Below, piece by piece: positions 1 to 12,577 of a DNA stretch of 64,000 nt (its first letter is position 1; the number at the start of each line of letters is the position of its first letter). Position numbers and translations under genes: made by a program. This DNA comes from Gonapodya sp. JEL0774 (Eukaryota): NCBI GenBank assembly GCA_027604505.1, contig JADIIX010000059.1, forward strand, positions 1 through 64,000. The letters run 5' to 3'. The notes beneath the pieces were generated by a model, which searched no databases, had not been told where the DNA came from, and worked only from the letters and a program-made list of their open reading frames with translations.

Positions 1-367
1 ACGGGTGTCTCAAGCAGAGAAGGCAGAGATACGCCTATCAAAGCGTTCTTGAGCATACGTCCGCTCTCTCAGATTTGCGCGGCATCACACATGGTGTGGT
101 TATGTTGAGTGTAGAGATTCAATAATGGACATCATATGAAACACTGAACTTTGAAACCACCGCTGACTGAAATTACATTGTCTCTTGCATTCTTTCGTTT
201 GTTGCGAGTTTTGAGTCGCCGAGAATTGGCGCATTATAATTCAATTTCAGTCAACTTTAAAACCCACTACTGTCGGTTGTTGGGGCTCACACAACACTGC
301 TCAGAAGGATCTTCCGTCGCCCTCTGCAGTTTCGCATCCTTGGCAACCTCAACTTGTATTTGCCATC

Positions 368-1374
<1,007 letters not shown>

Positions 1375-1613
1375 TTTGGATGGGGGGACTTTCCGGGGCG
1401 TGGTAGGGTGTTATTTGACTTGACTGTTGCAGTCGCGGAATACGAAAATATGCTCCATTTCAGAATAACATAAAAAAGGTCGCTTTCCGCATTGTCCCCA
1501 TCTCAGCTCATTCTCTGGCTGCAGCTTCATCTTGTTTGTGCACAATTTATTAGTGAGTGCCTGGCTGGTTGATCGGTGCTATTCTTCCGCATCACGTTCC
1601 CAAGAGACTGCAA

Positions 1614-3528
1614 ATGCCGTTCCCTCCTGGAAAAAGGGAAGAAATTGAGCTCATAGACGGAGAATGGATTAAAGCCTCTGACGGAACTGAGATTTACGGA
1701 AAGACGTGGAAGGTTCGTGTCAGTCATCTGTGAATCACATGATTGGTCGACAGTAACTGACAGTTGATCACAATGATCCATGCTTGCGCTTATTGTAATG
1801 GATTCTGCTCGGGGAATTCAGACAACAGGGACGCCGGTAGCGACCGTTTTGGCGATTCACGGTCTTAATGAACACATAAACAGGTGAGGCCGGCGATGCC
1901 CAAGTTCTTATCGTCGGAGACTCTTTACTCTAGCTAAAGCGGTTGCTCCCGTTGTTGGTAAACGTGTTCTATCAGAACTGGGTACAATTTGACCTTCTCC
2001 AAGCTCGCCGCAGCGGGTATTCAAGTACACGGAATCGATATGCGTGGTGAGTGCCGTACTGCTCTTCCTTTCCCTGCCTCCCTCATCATCTCCACTGTCA
2101 TTCAATCGGTTGGAACCTGGCCTCAGGATTCGGTCGGACAGGGTGGTTGTCTGGAGACCGTGGATACTCCGGAGGTCTCCATCTCACGCTCCAAGACTTG
2201 GGTGAGGCGATGGAAAGAACAAGGATGGAAGGAGTGCCGTTTTTCGTGGTGGGTGGGATTCTCAATTCTGTGGATCAGAACCATGTATTGAGATTCCACC
2301 TGCGGTCATCCGTTGCTCCTAAGTTCGGTCACAGTGGGTCTTCCGCCGTAACTGTGTTCAATGTGGCACGTGGAATAACTGCCCCTTGGGTGCAGGCATG
2401 GGTGGTGCGCTCGCGCTCCTCGCCACACAAGCATACCTTCAGGTGATTCACGCGGTTTTCTTTAACATCCTGGCCGGTACCGTCACCCTTGATTTCAAAA
2501 ATTCCACTCCTTCTCTCACCATCACGTTTTTCGACACTCCAGAAGTATCCGATCGATGGTGTCATTGTATCTGCTCCTGCCCTTGGCACCCACCCAGACC
2601 AGAAACTCCCATGGCCCATAACGGCTATTGCTGGTGGCCTGGCGAAATTATTTCCAAGGATGCCTGCTCCCAATAAGATTGGTGGGTTGAGCAGCTGCAC
2701 TTTGCGGATGTCGCCACATGACGGGTTCTGATTTTGCCACGGTACGTGTCGGTGGACAGAGGGACCGCAACTATCATCTCTGGAATCCGCACGGACGGAA
2801 TATTTCAAGTGAGTCTTTTTCACGTCCGCCGAAAAAGATCTCTTCGTAGCAGTTCTTCGTGGTGGACCTGATCTCCAACTGTCAGCGATAAGTACATCTT
2901 CCACCAGACCATCATGGTTGGCACAATTTTGCCCGTTTTAGAAGCGGGAGAAAAGCTTCTTGAAAAGGATTTCGTGTCTTGGCCAGAGGGCTTGCCGGTG
3001 AGTTGTGTGAAGACGCACATCTGGTCAAGAAGTGCTCGACTCAAAATCTCCAACAAACGATCGCCAAGATTCTGGCAGTTGTAGGCGAGAAGGATACCCT
3101 CGTCAGGTGTGTTGCACCCGGCCATCGCCGATCCTGGACTCGATGTCCGTGAAGCGGAGAGCTGGAAACGTCTTGCACTCGTATCGACAGCCCCCAAGCA
3201 CTCGCCGGCTTCATCACCAAACTTCCCGCCAAAGATAAGAAAGCCAAGATCTATCAAGGGGCCGTGCACGAACGTGAGTCCATCTCCGACATGTTGAGGA
3301 AAAGTGTGGGGCCTGCACACCACCGTTCCGTTTAGAAACACTCACGAACTTTTCCATATGTGCTCAGTTACCCAAGAACCGGAACCTTTGCCCTCTGTTG
3401 TCGCCAACGAGGTTTCCCAGTGGATCTTGTCGAGAGCGCAGGCGAAGAGGGAGGGCAAGAGTGTTGTTTCTGAGGGGCCGGTCGTGGAGGTGGTTTCCAG
3501 AGATATGTGGGAGAACGCCAAACTTTGA
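1614..3528 (+). CDS. Monoglyceride lipase/lysophospholipase-like alpha/beta hydrolase (serine aminopeptidase S33 type), multi-exon, C-terminal AKL
   Basis: Spliced motifs: DGTEIYGKTW, IHGLNEHINR, GIDMRGFGRT, FVFGHSMGG (nucleophile elbow), VVGEKDTLV (Asp), IYQGAVHEL (His). Ends ...ENAKL*. Confidence 0.9.
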
Positions 3529-4732
3529 GAAGCGAGGTGGGGGTGGCGAGGGGGTGCGTGCCTGTGGTTGCGTCCGATTTGAATTTCGTTCGAATCTTTG
3601 CGAGGAAATGAATGACTGATGTGAAGATTGTACTGGCGGGAGTCTGTCCGTCCTCACGTTGAAACCCTGGATGTTCTATTTTCAAATAAGCGTGATTCTA
3701 CGAAAATGTTTATCATGTCATTCGCCATCGCTCGTGCCTTTAAATTGATTCATTTCTCAGTCCGTGGAGCACAATGAAGTGCAGTGGAAACGTAACAATG
3801 CAACAACTCAAGTTTGTCCGAAGAAACCCAGATTCGGAAGAAAAATCCTTCCGATGAAGTATTGCATACGGTACCAGCTCGATTGCAATGCTTTTGATCA
3901 AGCAGGATGACCGACTTGACGGTTGCTGGTGTGTCAGCGTGAGTCATGCATTCCCTTGCTGACTGAAAGCCATATGTTTTCCAGTTTGCCCCAACATGAC
4001 CGACAACTCTTTAAATAATATCTTATTTCAAGCCATTACATCAACAACACTATGCCACGTGCCATACTCGTACAACGGGGGCTCGGAGGGCTGGAAAACC
4101 ACGTCGCGCTCACTGAAACACAAGGGATGAGCTTGCAGAGAAACGTCAAGGTATGAGAAGCAGTGAGTGCGAGTCTGATACTCCTCGTGCTATGAATGGT
4201 GCACCATTTCGCTGATGAATTGTGCCGGTCACGTCATGATACAGTGGACGTACATGGGCTTTGTGATCGGGGCTCCGTTGGCACACTGGGCAGGTAAAGT
4301 ATAGCAGAGCTTCCTTTCCACAACACCGCATAATAAGAATTCTTGTTCTCCAGTCACGGCATCAAGACACTGGCCTCAACGTAAATACTTCTGGTGGGGC
4401 TGGGCTGGAGGATTCACGGCGCTCATGCTGGCCAATCGGATATATTGGTGGTATGATGCTGGATACGCCGGAGGAGAACAGAGTAAATGGTGGGGGGATC
4501 TCAAGACGGACTCTCATGGTCCCACCAAAGTTTCGATGTATTCTCAAGAAGCGAAGACTGAGTAACAGTGGAGGGCTGTTAGAATAAAGATGGTCAAGAG
4601 TACTGCAACGCACGGGCAAAGGAAAGATGGAATGACGTGCTGAGTGTCCCAGAGGGCGGGAATGTGTGGTCACATCCACAGCAGTGCACACACCACCCCT
4701 GGGGCTGTCCAGCTGGTCCTCTCTGCACCTCA

Positions 4733-7700
4733 ATGCCCTTCCCTCCGCGTCCTTCCTCTCCACATTCCAAATCTTTCATTCCCCCATCACGCTTTGCTCG
4801 CCGTTATCTCCACAGATGCCGTGACTTGGCAATCCCGTCATCTCGTCTTCAACTGCTTTCCTCTCCTGAACTCGCTCGCGGCGTCCTCAGGGTCAACGTC
4901 GAGCGTGTCTGGAGTGAGAGCGAGTGGGATGCCGTTTGCTTTGGAGTAAGAGGGGATGGAGAGCTGACAGGGGTTCGCATGGTGATGGGAAACGGATGCC
5001 AAACACTGGGAACTAGAGCTGCTACCATGAAACAAGGGAGGACGAAAACAAATGAAAAGCTTTCGCCCTCTCCCCATGCTACACCGGTTTTGCTCGCGTC
5101 GACGGATTGCAGGGGAATGTTAGTGAGGTAACGTTGGCACAATCCCCCCCCTCACACTCATCCACTTGATGAAACTATACCGTGGGATAACCTCCCAAAC
5201 GCTTTCACCTACCTTAAGAACCCTTTCCGCACTCCTTGCATCATCAGCATCTCTCCGAACTCTTGAACTCTTCGCCGTGCCCCTCTCGTATGCCGACACC
5301 AAAATGATCGCGGCGGCACTCCGAGAGTCAACCGGTTTGCAAGAACTGCTGTTGGCACGCTCATCGATTGGAGACGAGGGATTGAAGCGTGAGTATGATC
5401 ACAGCTTTGATTGGAAGGTCTGTGGGACAGATGGTCGCTCGTATGTACCGCGCTGAATCAGAGGCGATACTCACAAAACTGAATGAACACCGGGACTCGC
5501 CACGGCGAGGTATGGTTCAATGAAAAGCTCACACGAAAAACTGTGTTTCGCGTACAACATCCCTTAACCTCTCGCTGCGCCAAAGTTCTCGTCCCCTCCC
5601 TCAAGATTCACCCATCCCTTGCGGTGTTCGACCTTTCCGGGTGTGAACTCTCTTGGCGGGCAGCTGAGAGAATCGAGGAGGTGATCAAGGTAAGGCTACT
5701 TTTGGACCATTTCAATTACATGGACCAAATGGAGACGGTAAATCCGCTGCTGTTGTGCCCACCACCACTGCCAGCATCGCTTCTCCCGCCTATCCGCCTC
5801 GCTATGGCCCTCAACGCTCCGTACCAACGACCGAGTCAACAAGCGCCAATCTGCTTACGTGTTCGACCACTACCTCTGCTCCGCCGAGTCATCTTGTCCC
5901 GCCCCCGTCAAAAGTTCGTCATCGACGGTGAGGACTCCCCTGCGGAGAATCTCGCTATCGGGTAATCCAGACATGGGTGATCGTGGCATCCAGGCTGTCG
6001 CGACCGCCGTGAGTGAGGTTGCGGGCGTCCGAGGTGCTGTCCTAGTTTCTCCCTGCTTTCGTTGGTGCCCGTGGCACACTCCAACTCTCACCCATTCCCG
6101 TCCGTCATCTCCTCTTGCCAGCCCTCGACCTCCAGAACTGCGGCTGCACGAATGTCGGAGCCAAAGCGGTGCTGAGATGTGTGGAAGCCAGTAAGGGCCT
6201 CGTGGTGGCGGACTTGAGGGCCAACGATGGAGTGGGTCAGTGACCTTTGATGCGGAGACTGTTGGTGGAATTGACCGTGGCGGGGATACCGTACTAAGCG
6301 CAATCGTTTGCCTCGCCTTTCTTCTCAACTATTATTCGGAAAAGACGCACTTTTTCTGGCACAAGTCCGCCTAGCTCTGGCCCGTAATCTCGTCGCTATG
6401 TCCGTCGTGTCTTCTTCCTCCGTCTCTCAATGCGCATTCTCTCCGCCACCACCTCATACCACCTCCACCCCTTCTGTCACGTCAGTAGCCTCGGTCGTGG
6501 ACGGCTGGACACGACACCCAGCGTACCCATGGCACCCGCTCCTGTACCCCTTTCACCCACCGCCACCTCCACCTTCCCCACCGCTACCGAGACCCTCGTC
6601 TGAACACTGCGCTGCCGCAAAACCCGCGTGGAACCAGCACACGCTCAAGAGGGAGTCAGAGGCTCGCGCGAAGCAGGAGCGAGAGATCCGGAAAAGGGAA
6701 CTCGCGGTGGAGAGAGAGCTGGTAAGGAAGGCCGAGGAGGCTTTTGATGATGCGGAGGCAGAGGAGGCAATGTCTTGGGAGCGCGATGGGAAGGGCAGGG
6801 AATCGACGGAGGGAACGAGCCTGTTGGGGAAGAAGAGCCACAGTAGTGGTGACGGCAGTGCGTCTTTGAAGACATACGACGTCATGATGAAACTTGTGGA
6901 GGAGAACAGGAGGCTGAGGGAGGCGATAGACGGGGGCCGTGGCCGTGTGCAAGGAGAACCCGCGAGCAGGTGGAGCACAAACCGCCTTGCCGCAGAGTCA
7001 CACGACTCGTCCGCCCAGTCATCGACCACGAATATTTTCCGCGACCTTCCACCTCTCCCCGTCCGACCACCCGCACCATTGTCCCCGCGCGACTCGTCGC
7101 GCTTGACCTCGGGATCCTCTTCAGACTCACTCGATCCCGAACACGCTGCTCAAGTGTTCTTGGACACGGTTCGCGACAGAGCACACAGTGCGGGACGGGG
7201 AGGCTCGCCACGGGATGTGAAGAGGTCACCGCACGTGGTGGATGCCACTCGCTCGGGCTCGGCCTTCCTTGATCGTGTTGGCAGCGACCAACGATCGCCT
7301 TCTTCAGCTGACCGATCGAAACGCTCTCACAATGCGTCTGTGTCGAAACGTCCCTTTCGCCTCCTCCTTGATTTGGTCGACCGATCCGTCACCACCGTCG
7401 AGCGGGTGGTGGAAGCTGTGGAGCGTGACCGGACTGGTGCACGGTGGAGGGAGGTGGATGAGGCCCGGAGGAGGAGAGAGGAGGCGGAGGAGAGGGCCGG
7501 GCGGGAGGCCGAGGAGGAGGTGAGGAGGGCGATGGAGGAGGCTGGGGAACGGTCGAAGGGTAGAAGTGGACAAGGGGTGGGGTTGAGTCCCGTATCCGTT
7601 GCTACGGCTGTGGGTCGAGGATCAGAGTCGGCGGTGCCTGTGAACATGAGATCCATCCCATCGGCAACTGTCATTGGGGCTTCTTTGCCGCTCGGCAATA

Positions 7701-8434
7701 GTTTCCGCCCATCTCGAAGACACAACCATCGTGCTTCTAATCCCGCCGACCCTCTGGGATCGGTACTGTCCTCCCTCGTCCATGTTGCGAGCGACAACAA
7801 GTCCTCTGCATCTCTTGCATCTGCCCGAACGTGCACTCTTGGAGGCGTAAGCGACTCACCCCGCACCAACCACGCGGCTGCTCTCCCTGTCCCCCTGCTC
7901 ACCAATGCACCATTCACCGTCCTGCCGATACAGTCAGATCACCTACGCGGCTCTGCGTCACTCGGCTCCATGTCCACCGATGCTCCTGATGTAGCAGGTG
8001 AGATGGAGAGGGAAGCGGATGCACTGATGGAGGAGGTTAGGAGTGGGCGCCGGGCATTGAGTAATGGGGCGAGGAATGATGAGCCGACAAGGGTTCTTCG
8101 GGCTACAGGGGCCGTCGATAGCGCAGGCAGTGGAACCATTCGAGGAGTGGCGGGGGCACAATGGAGTTCGTCTGCTACTATGACGGGGACCGGCAGTGGA
8201 ACAGGGGATACAGGAGGAAGCCTTGGTGGAAGCGCGGCGGGAACGATCCCACGGAGAATAAGGAGGTGTTCGGGTTCGACGCGGTTCGAGTTCGTGTCCG
8301 TGACTGGTTCCAACCAGGATTCGCACAGAAGCAATAATGGAAGTAAATCAGCAAATGGTGGGAGCCCAAGCGGGAGTGAATATGGTGTAATGAAAGGTAG
8401 TACGAGTAGTTTCGGTTCGCTCTTGCGGGGTTAG
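4733..8434 (+). CDS. CEP78: CEP78-like centriolar RI-type LRR protein with long low-complexity/coiled-coil C-terminus
   Basis: Order and spacing of motifs follow CEP78 as I recall it: FARRYLHRC...GVLRVNVER..EW, LRTLELFAVPL, LLLARSSIGDEGLK, FDLSGCELSWRAAE, WPSTLR, LRRISLSGNPDMGDRG, ALDLQNCGCTNVGAKA, LVVADLRAN. Start codon and exact exon limits are manual. Confidence 0.8.
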
Positions 8435-8679
8435 GCAGTTGTGGTGAACGTGTGAAAGACAAATTGATTGTCATTATTACTATTGTCTAATGTTGCAATG
8501 ATCAGTGTCGACTCTTTCAGTTTGATTAGAATCTTTCAAATTCCCCAAGATCTATTTACATCATACAGCGCGTTTATCCTACATTATCCAAGAAACAAAA
8601 AGAACGAAGAGGGTTCCTTGGGCTTTGCAAACTATCAAAACACCAGTGTTCCTTCCCTTGCAACTGACGGGCTAGTGTA

Positions 8680-9929
8680 CTATTCGTCGTGCCCGTGGCC
8701 CCCTGCCACCCCACCTCCTACTGCCCCACTGTCTGTGCCAATACTGGCAGTTCCACTTGACTCCCCATGTCCGCCAAGCGATGCTCCCTTCACAACCACC
8801 ACCGGCACCCCGCATCCTTCGAGAAGTCCCTCGCTCGTGCTACCCAAGACCCATCGTCGCGCACCATGCAAACCACGACTTCCTACGAATACGAGGTCGG
8901 CATCAGGGTGAGTGGTGTGAATGAAGGAGCAGAGGAGAGAGGAGGGGTCTCCAGTTCCGGTGAGGTGGATGAAGGAGTAGGCGCACTGGGGTAGATGTAT
9001 GGTGGAGCGAAGGGTAAGTTGTACCGTGAGGTGGAAATCATCGCGTGTGACCGTTCAACACGATCGACACAGGGTGGAGCAAGTTCTTCACAGAGTGTTC
9101 AGTCCTGCCTCGCTCAAAATCAAAATCGATCTCCCCATAACACCTTCCTAATCACTCAAACTTGCTCGATGTGTCCAACGGACGCAGTCTCGAGCCTCGG
9201 CATCACCAATTTGTTACAAGTAGTAATCCAACAGTATAGGATATCTCAGACACTCACCCTTCCCTCATAATCCTTCTTCAGCCTGTCTTTACACCTCTGC
9301 AATTCTGCCCGTGCCTCTTCTTCTATTTCGATGTTATAGGACTTCTCGAGGTGGTCACTTGAGGAGATTGGAAAGGTAAACTCAGTCCTTGTGCATATTA
9401 TGTTTCTCGGACAGCGTCGTCCGCCACGGGCAGAGCTGGGCACGTCACTTCATCACATTGCTCCGGGGAAAGACGTTTGCTTTCGCATTGGGCCAAATGC
9501 TCGGGCTGACACCCCAATCACCCTCGCATCAGATGGATCCTACTCCACTCACAGATATGGCAGGGACTGCGGGGGATTCAAACCGACCGCAAAAACTAGT
9601 ATCAGTTTATATGGGGGCGGTGGTAGCTGATCTTCATCCACGTCTGGTGGCATTGCGGCGACGTAAACCTGGTCCATCCGTGTGATCAACTCCACCGCTC
9701 TATCCAACGCCGCCCAAGCTTGCGGAGAATCGTTTATGCACACAATCACTTTATATCCAAGCTGTTGGGTGAGTGCGGATTGGGTGGCAATGGGGGACGA
9801 GCTCGGAGTTGTGGGGGAGGGTAGGGAAGGTTGCGAATGTGGGTGAGATGGCATATGAGCGCCAGATGCAGAATGGGCAGAATTGGCAGAGACACCGGGA
9901 AGTGTCGACGCGGACGTGGAAGCGGACAT
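8680..9929 (-). CDS. Universal stress protein (USP) domain protein
   Basis: N-terminal KVIVCINDSPQAWAALDRA. After introns: DADLVFVGSRGLHGARRWVLGSTSEGLLEGCGVPVVVVK, matching the USP G-2x-G-9x-G(S/T) signature. Confidence 0.9.
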
Positions 9930-10474
9930 CGACGGGAACAGTGAAGATTTTGTGATTAGAAAAGAGGTGAGTCACGGTTCTGCACACTGCAGCCAAGTAC
10001 AAGAGGTGAAGAACAATCAACAAATGAGATGGATTACAAATTAATTCTTACACCGAGTTTTAGCACTATGTACTAGTATGAAAGGGTACAGCCAAATCCA
10101 ATATCATCGCTTTCAGCGGAATAGATTTGTTTGAGTTGTTCGATCTTCTTTCACAATGTTGCCAAATCCAGGTAAAGGAATCCGGTTGACAGAAGCCGAC
10201 TCCCTGCAGCCCCCGGTTCTTCCACCGTTCTTGGACCTCAAATCGATTCAAAGGTGAATTTGACGCGTGTCCTAGCGAGCAATCGGCAGGAAAGGACGCA
10301 GATCGCTGGGAAATGCCATGAAATGAGGACTGGGAATGACTGTGCTCTGTTCGAATGCGAAACCAGTTTCCTCCCGCTCCCACTACGTACACATATTTCT
10401 CGTCTCTAAAGCGTCTCCATCTGTTACGATAGCCTTCTGGAAGATCTTTTCACTCGCCGCCACTTTGATCACAT

Positions 10475-12036
10475 ATGCCCAATACGTCTCCACCTCCCAT
10501 CGCCCTCATCATTGGGGCAACAGGTCGGGTCGGAGCCGCTGTCTCACGATCCCTGATAAAAATCCACCCCACTATTCTCATTCACGTTGCTGGTCGTAAT
10601 GCAGAGCGTGGCCTGTCCCTTTGTCGCGAACTGGGTGAAACTAGGAGCGCTTTTGTAAAAGTCGACGTTACAAAGTACGAAACTATCGTGGCTGCTATGA
10701 AGGGTACTGGAAATGAAAAGGGGAACCAATGCGCGATTGTGGTCAACTGCGCTGGTCCGTTTCAAGAGAGCACAGATCCAGCGGTCTTAAGGGCAGCGAT
10801 CGAAACAGGAACGCCTTACCTCGACGTATGCGACGACTCTGCCTTCGGTCGTGTCGCGAAAGGACTCCACAAGGATGCCTTGGCTCGCGGTGTTCCCTGT
10901 GTCACTACTGGTGGCCTCTTCCCGGGTCTCAGCAACGTGATCGCCAAGGAGTTCATTGAGACTCTCGGAGGAAAGGAAAAGTGCAAGACTGTTGAATTTG
11001 ATTATTGGGTGGCCGGAACTGGGGGCTTGGGTGAGTTCCACGTCGTCTTGTTTTTGATTGGTTTGTCGTGATACTCGTTGAAACGCAGGAGGTAAAGGTT
11101 TCTGAGCCACGGAGGTTGCATGGGACGCTATCATGACCTCAACGGATCGGAAAGATGTTTTGACACGATTTCCTCCAGATTTCTGACACTTCGCACCGTT
11201 GCTCGTTCCATCGAAAAACTCCTTCAGGCACAACCGTCCTGACCACGTCATTTATGATCCTCCGCATTCCCGCAACCAACTACCGACACAACGTGGCTTA
11301 CGAAACAATGCCCATGGCTTCGGAAGGGTCTCGTGTCGTTCCCTTTCCGTCCCCGATTGGGCCAAGGCGCACGTACTTGTTCGATCTACCAGAGGTCCAC
11401 TCGATCAGAGAAACGTGTGGAATTCCCACAGTCGAAGCCAGGTTTGCCACGGCACCGGATTTCTTCAACCAAAACATGAGGGTGGTGGGTGAGAAGTACG
11501 GGGAACAACTCAAAGATCGCGAGTTGGTAGATGGCATTGTAAGGTGGCAAGAGCCTTTCATCAGGCTCGTGGACTGGTTCGTTGGTGAAGGCGTGGGCAT
11601 GTCAATCAGGGCATCTACCAAAGAAGCGCCTCCCTTGGATCGGGTGCAACGAGGTACCGCAGCCTCTGTTGAAGTCGGAGAGATCCCAAGGGGCTCCCCA
11701 GACTCCACCCACTCAACTGTAACTCTGGCAACTGCCTCGACGACCACACCGAATCCCTCAACATTCTCTGACACCACTACTTTGTCGGCCACGTTTTATC
11801 ACCCCTCGTGCGTCGTCTCAATTGGCTACGTAGTCGCCTGTACTGCGCTCTGCATGACACCTGCTGGTGCCGCTTCCATTTCCGTAGCTTCAGAGGGAGC
11901 GGCTGGTGGGGACAAAGTTAAACCAGGGGTTTGGTATCCAGAAGAGATGTTCTCCTGCTCTGAAGATAGGAGAGCATTTGTGAAGTGGGCAGTTTCTGGC
12001 GGCTCCGTTTACGCGATGGGGATGGAATGGTGGTGA
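10475..12036 (+). CDS. Saccharopine-dehydrogenase-like NAD(P)-binding oxidoreductase, plant/cyanobacterial type; one intron (~11031-11227)
   Basis: Motifs: IIGATGRVG, VAGRN, NCAGPFQ, YLDVCDD, TTGGLFPGLSNV, VAGTGGLG|TTVLTTSF, LFDLPEV, ARFATAP, KPGVWYPEE. Confidence 0.88.
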
Positions 12037-12577
12037 GAGTAAGAGAATCTAGCGAGGGCACCAAGAACAAAGTCTAAGTGAAATTTTCGTAATACACACT
12101 GAGTTCAATGTTCCTAGAATGGTATGACGAACAACTTACGTAAAACCGACTGGCAACAGAACAGCTGTTCCGACATGTCAAAATTACTTTTTGAAATTCG
12201 CTTGCCGTGTCAATACCGTCTCAGAGTCTTCACTGCTACGGGGTCGGTAGAATGAAATCGAATTCATGCTTTGCTTCTCTAACGTTGATTTATTTTTGTT
12301 GCATGCAGTTTGTGGCAACTCATTAGACAGGTGCTCCTTCTCCATATAACTCCTTACATCCAAACATCCAAACACAAATCAATAACAACCAGTTACCAAT
12401 AACACTGGCAAACTGTCAATAAAAGCTGACTCAATTGTCACGCATGTCCAGATAACAAGGAGATGCCCGCAGATTCGAAGATGAGGTCTGCTCCAGGTAC
12501 CTCAACGAAGAACACTCTCCAGTCTTCCGAAGAATCCATCACCCCTGCCACATGTCTAAGCACGCTTCCATGATCAT

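Noticed and set aside
3530..4730. About 1.2 kb gap with short ORFs (e.g. 4146-4331 on -, containing CPVC) and some splice-like signals
   Set aside because: I could not assemble a coherent exon chain or recognisable motif; treated as intergenic.
7441..7550. Purine-rich GAG-type run
   Set aside because: It encodes the Glu/Arg-rich helix of the CEP78-like protein and is not an independent repeat.
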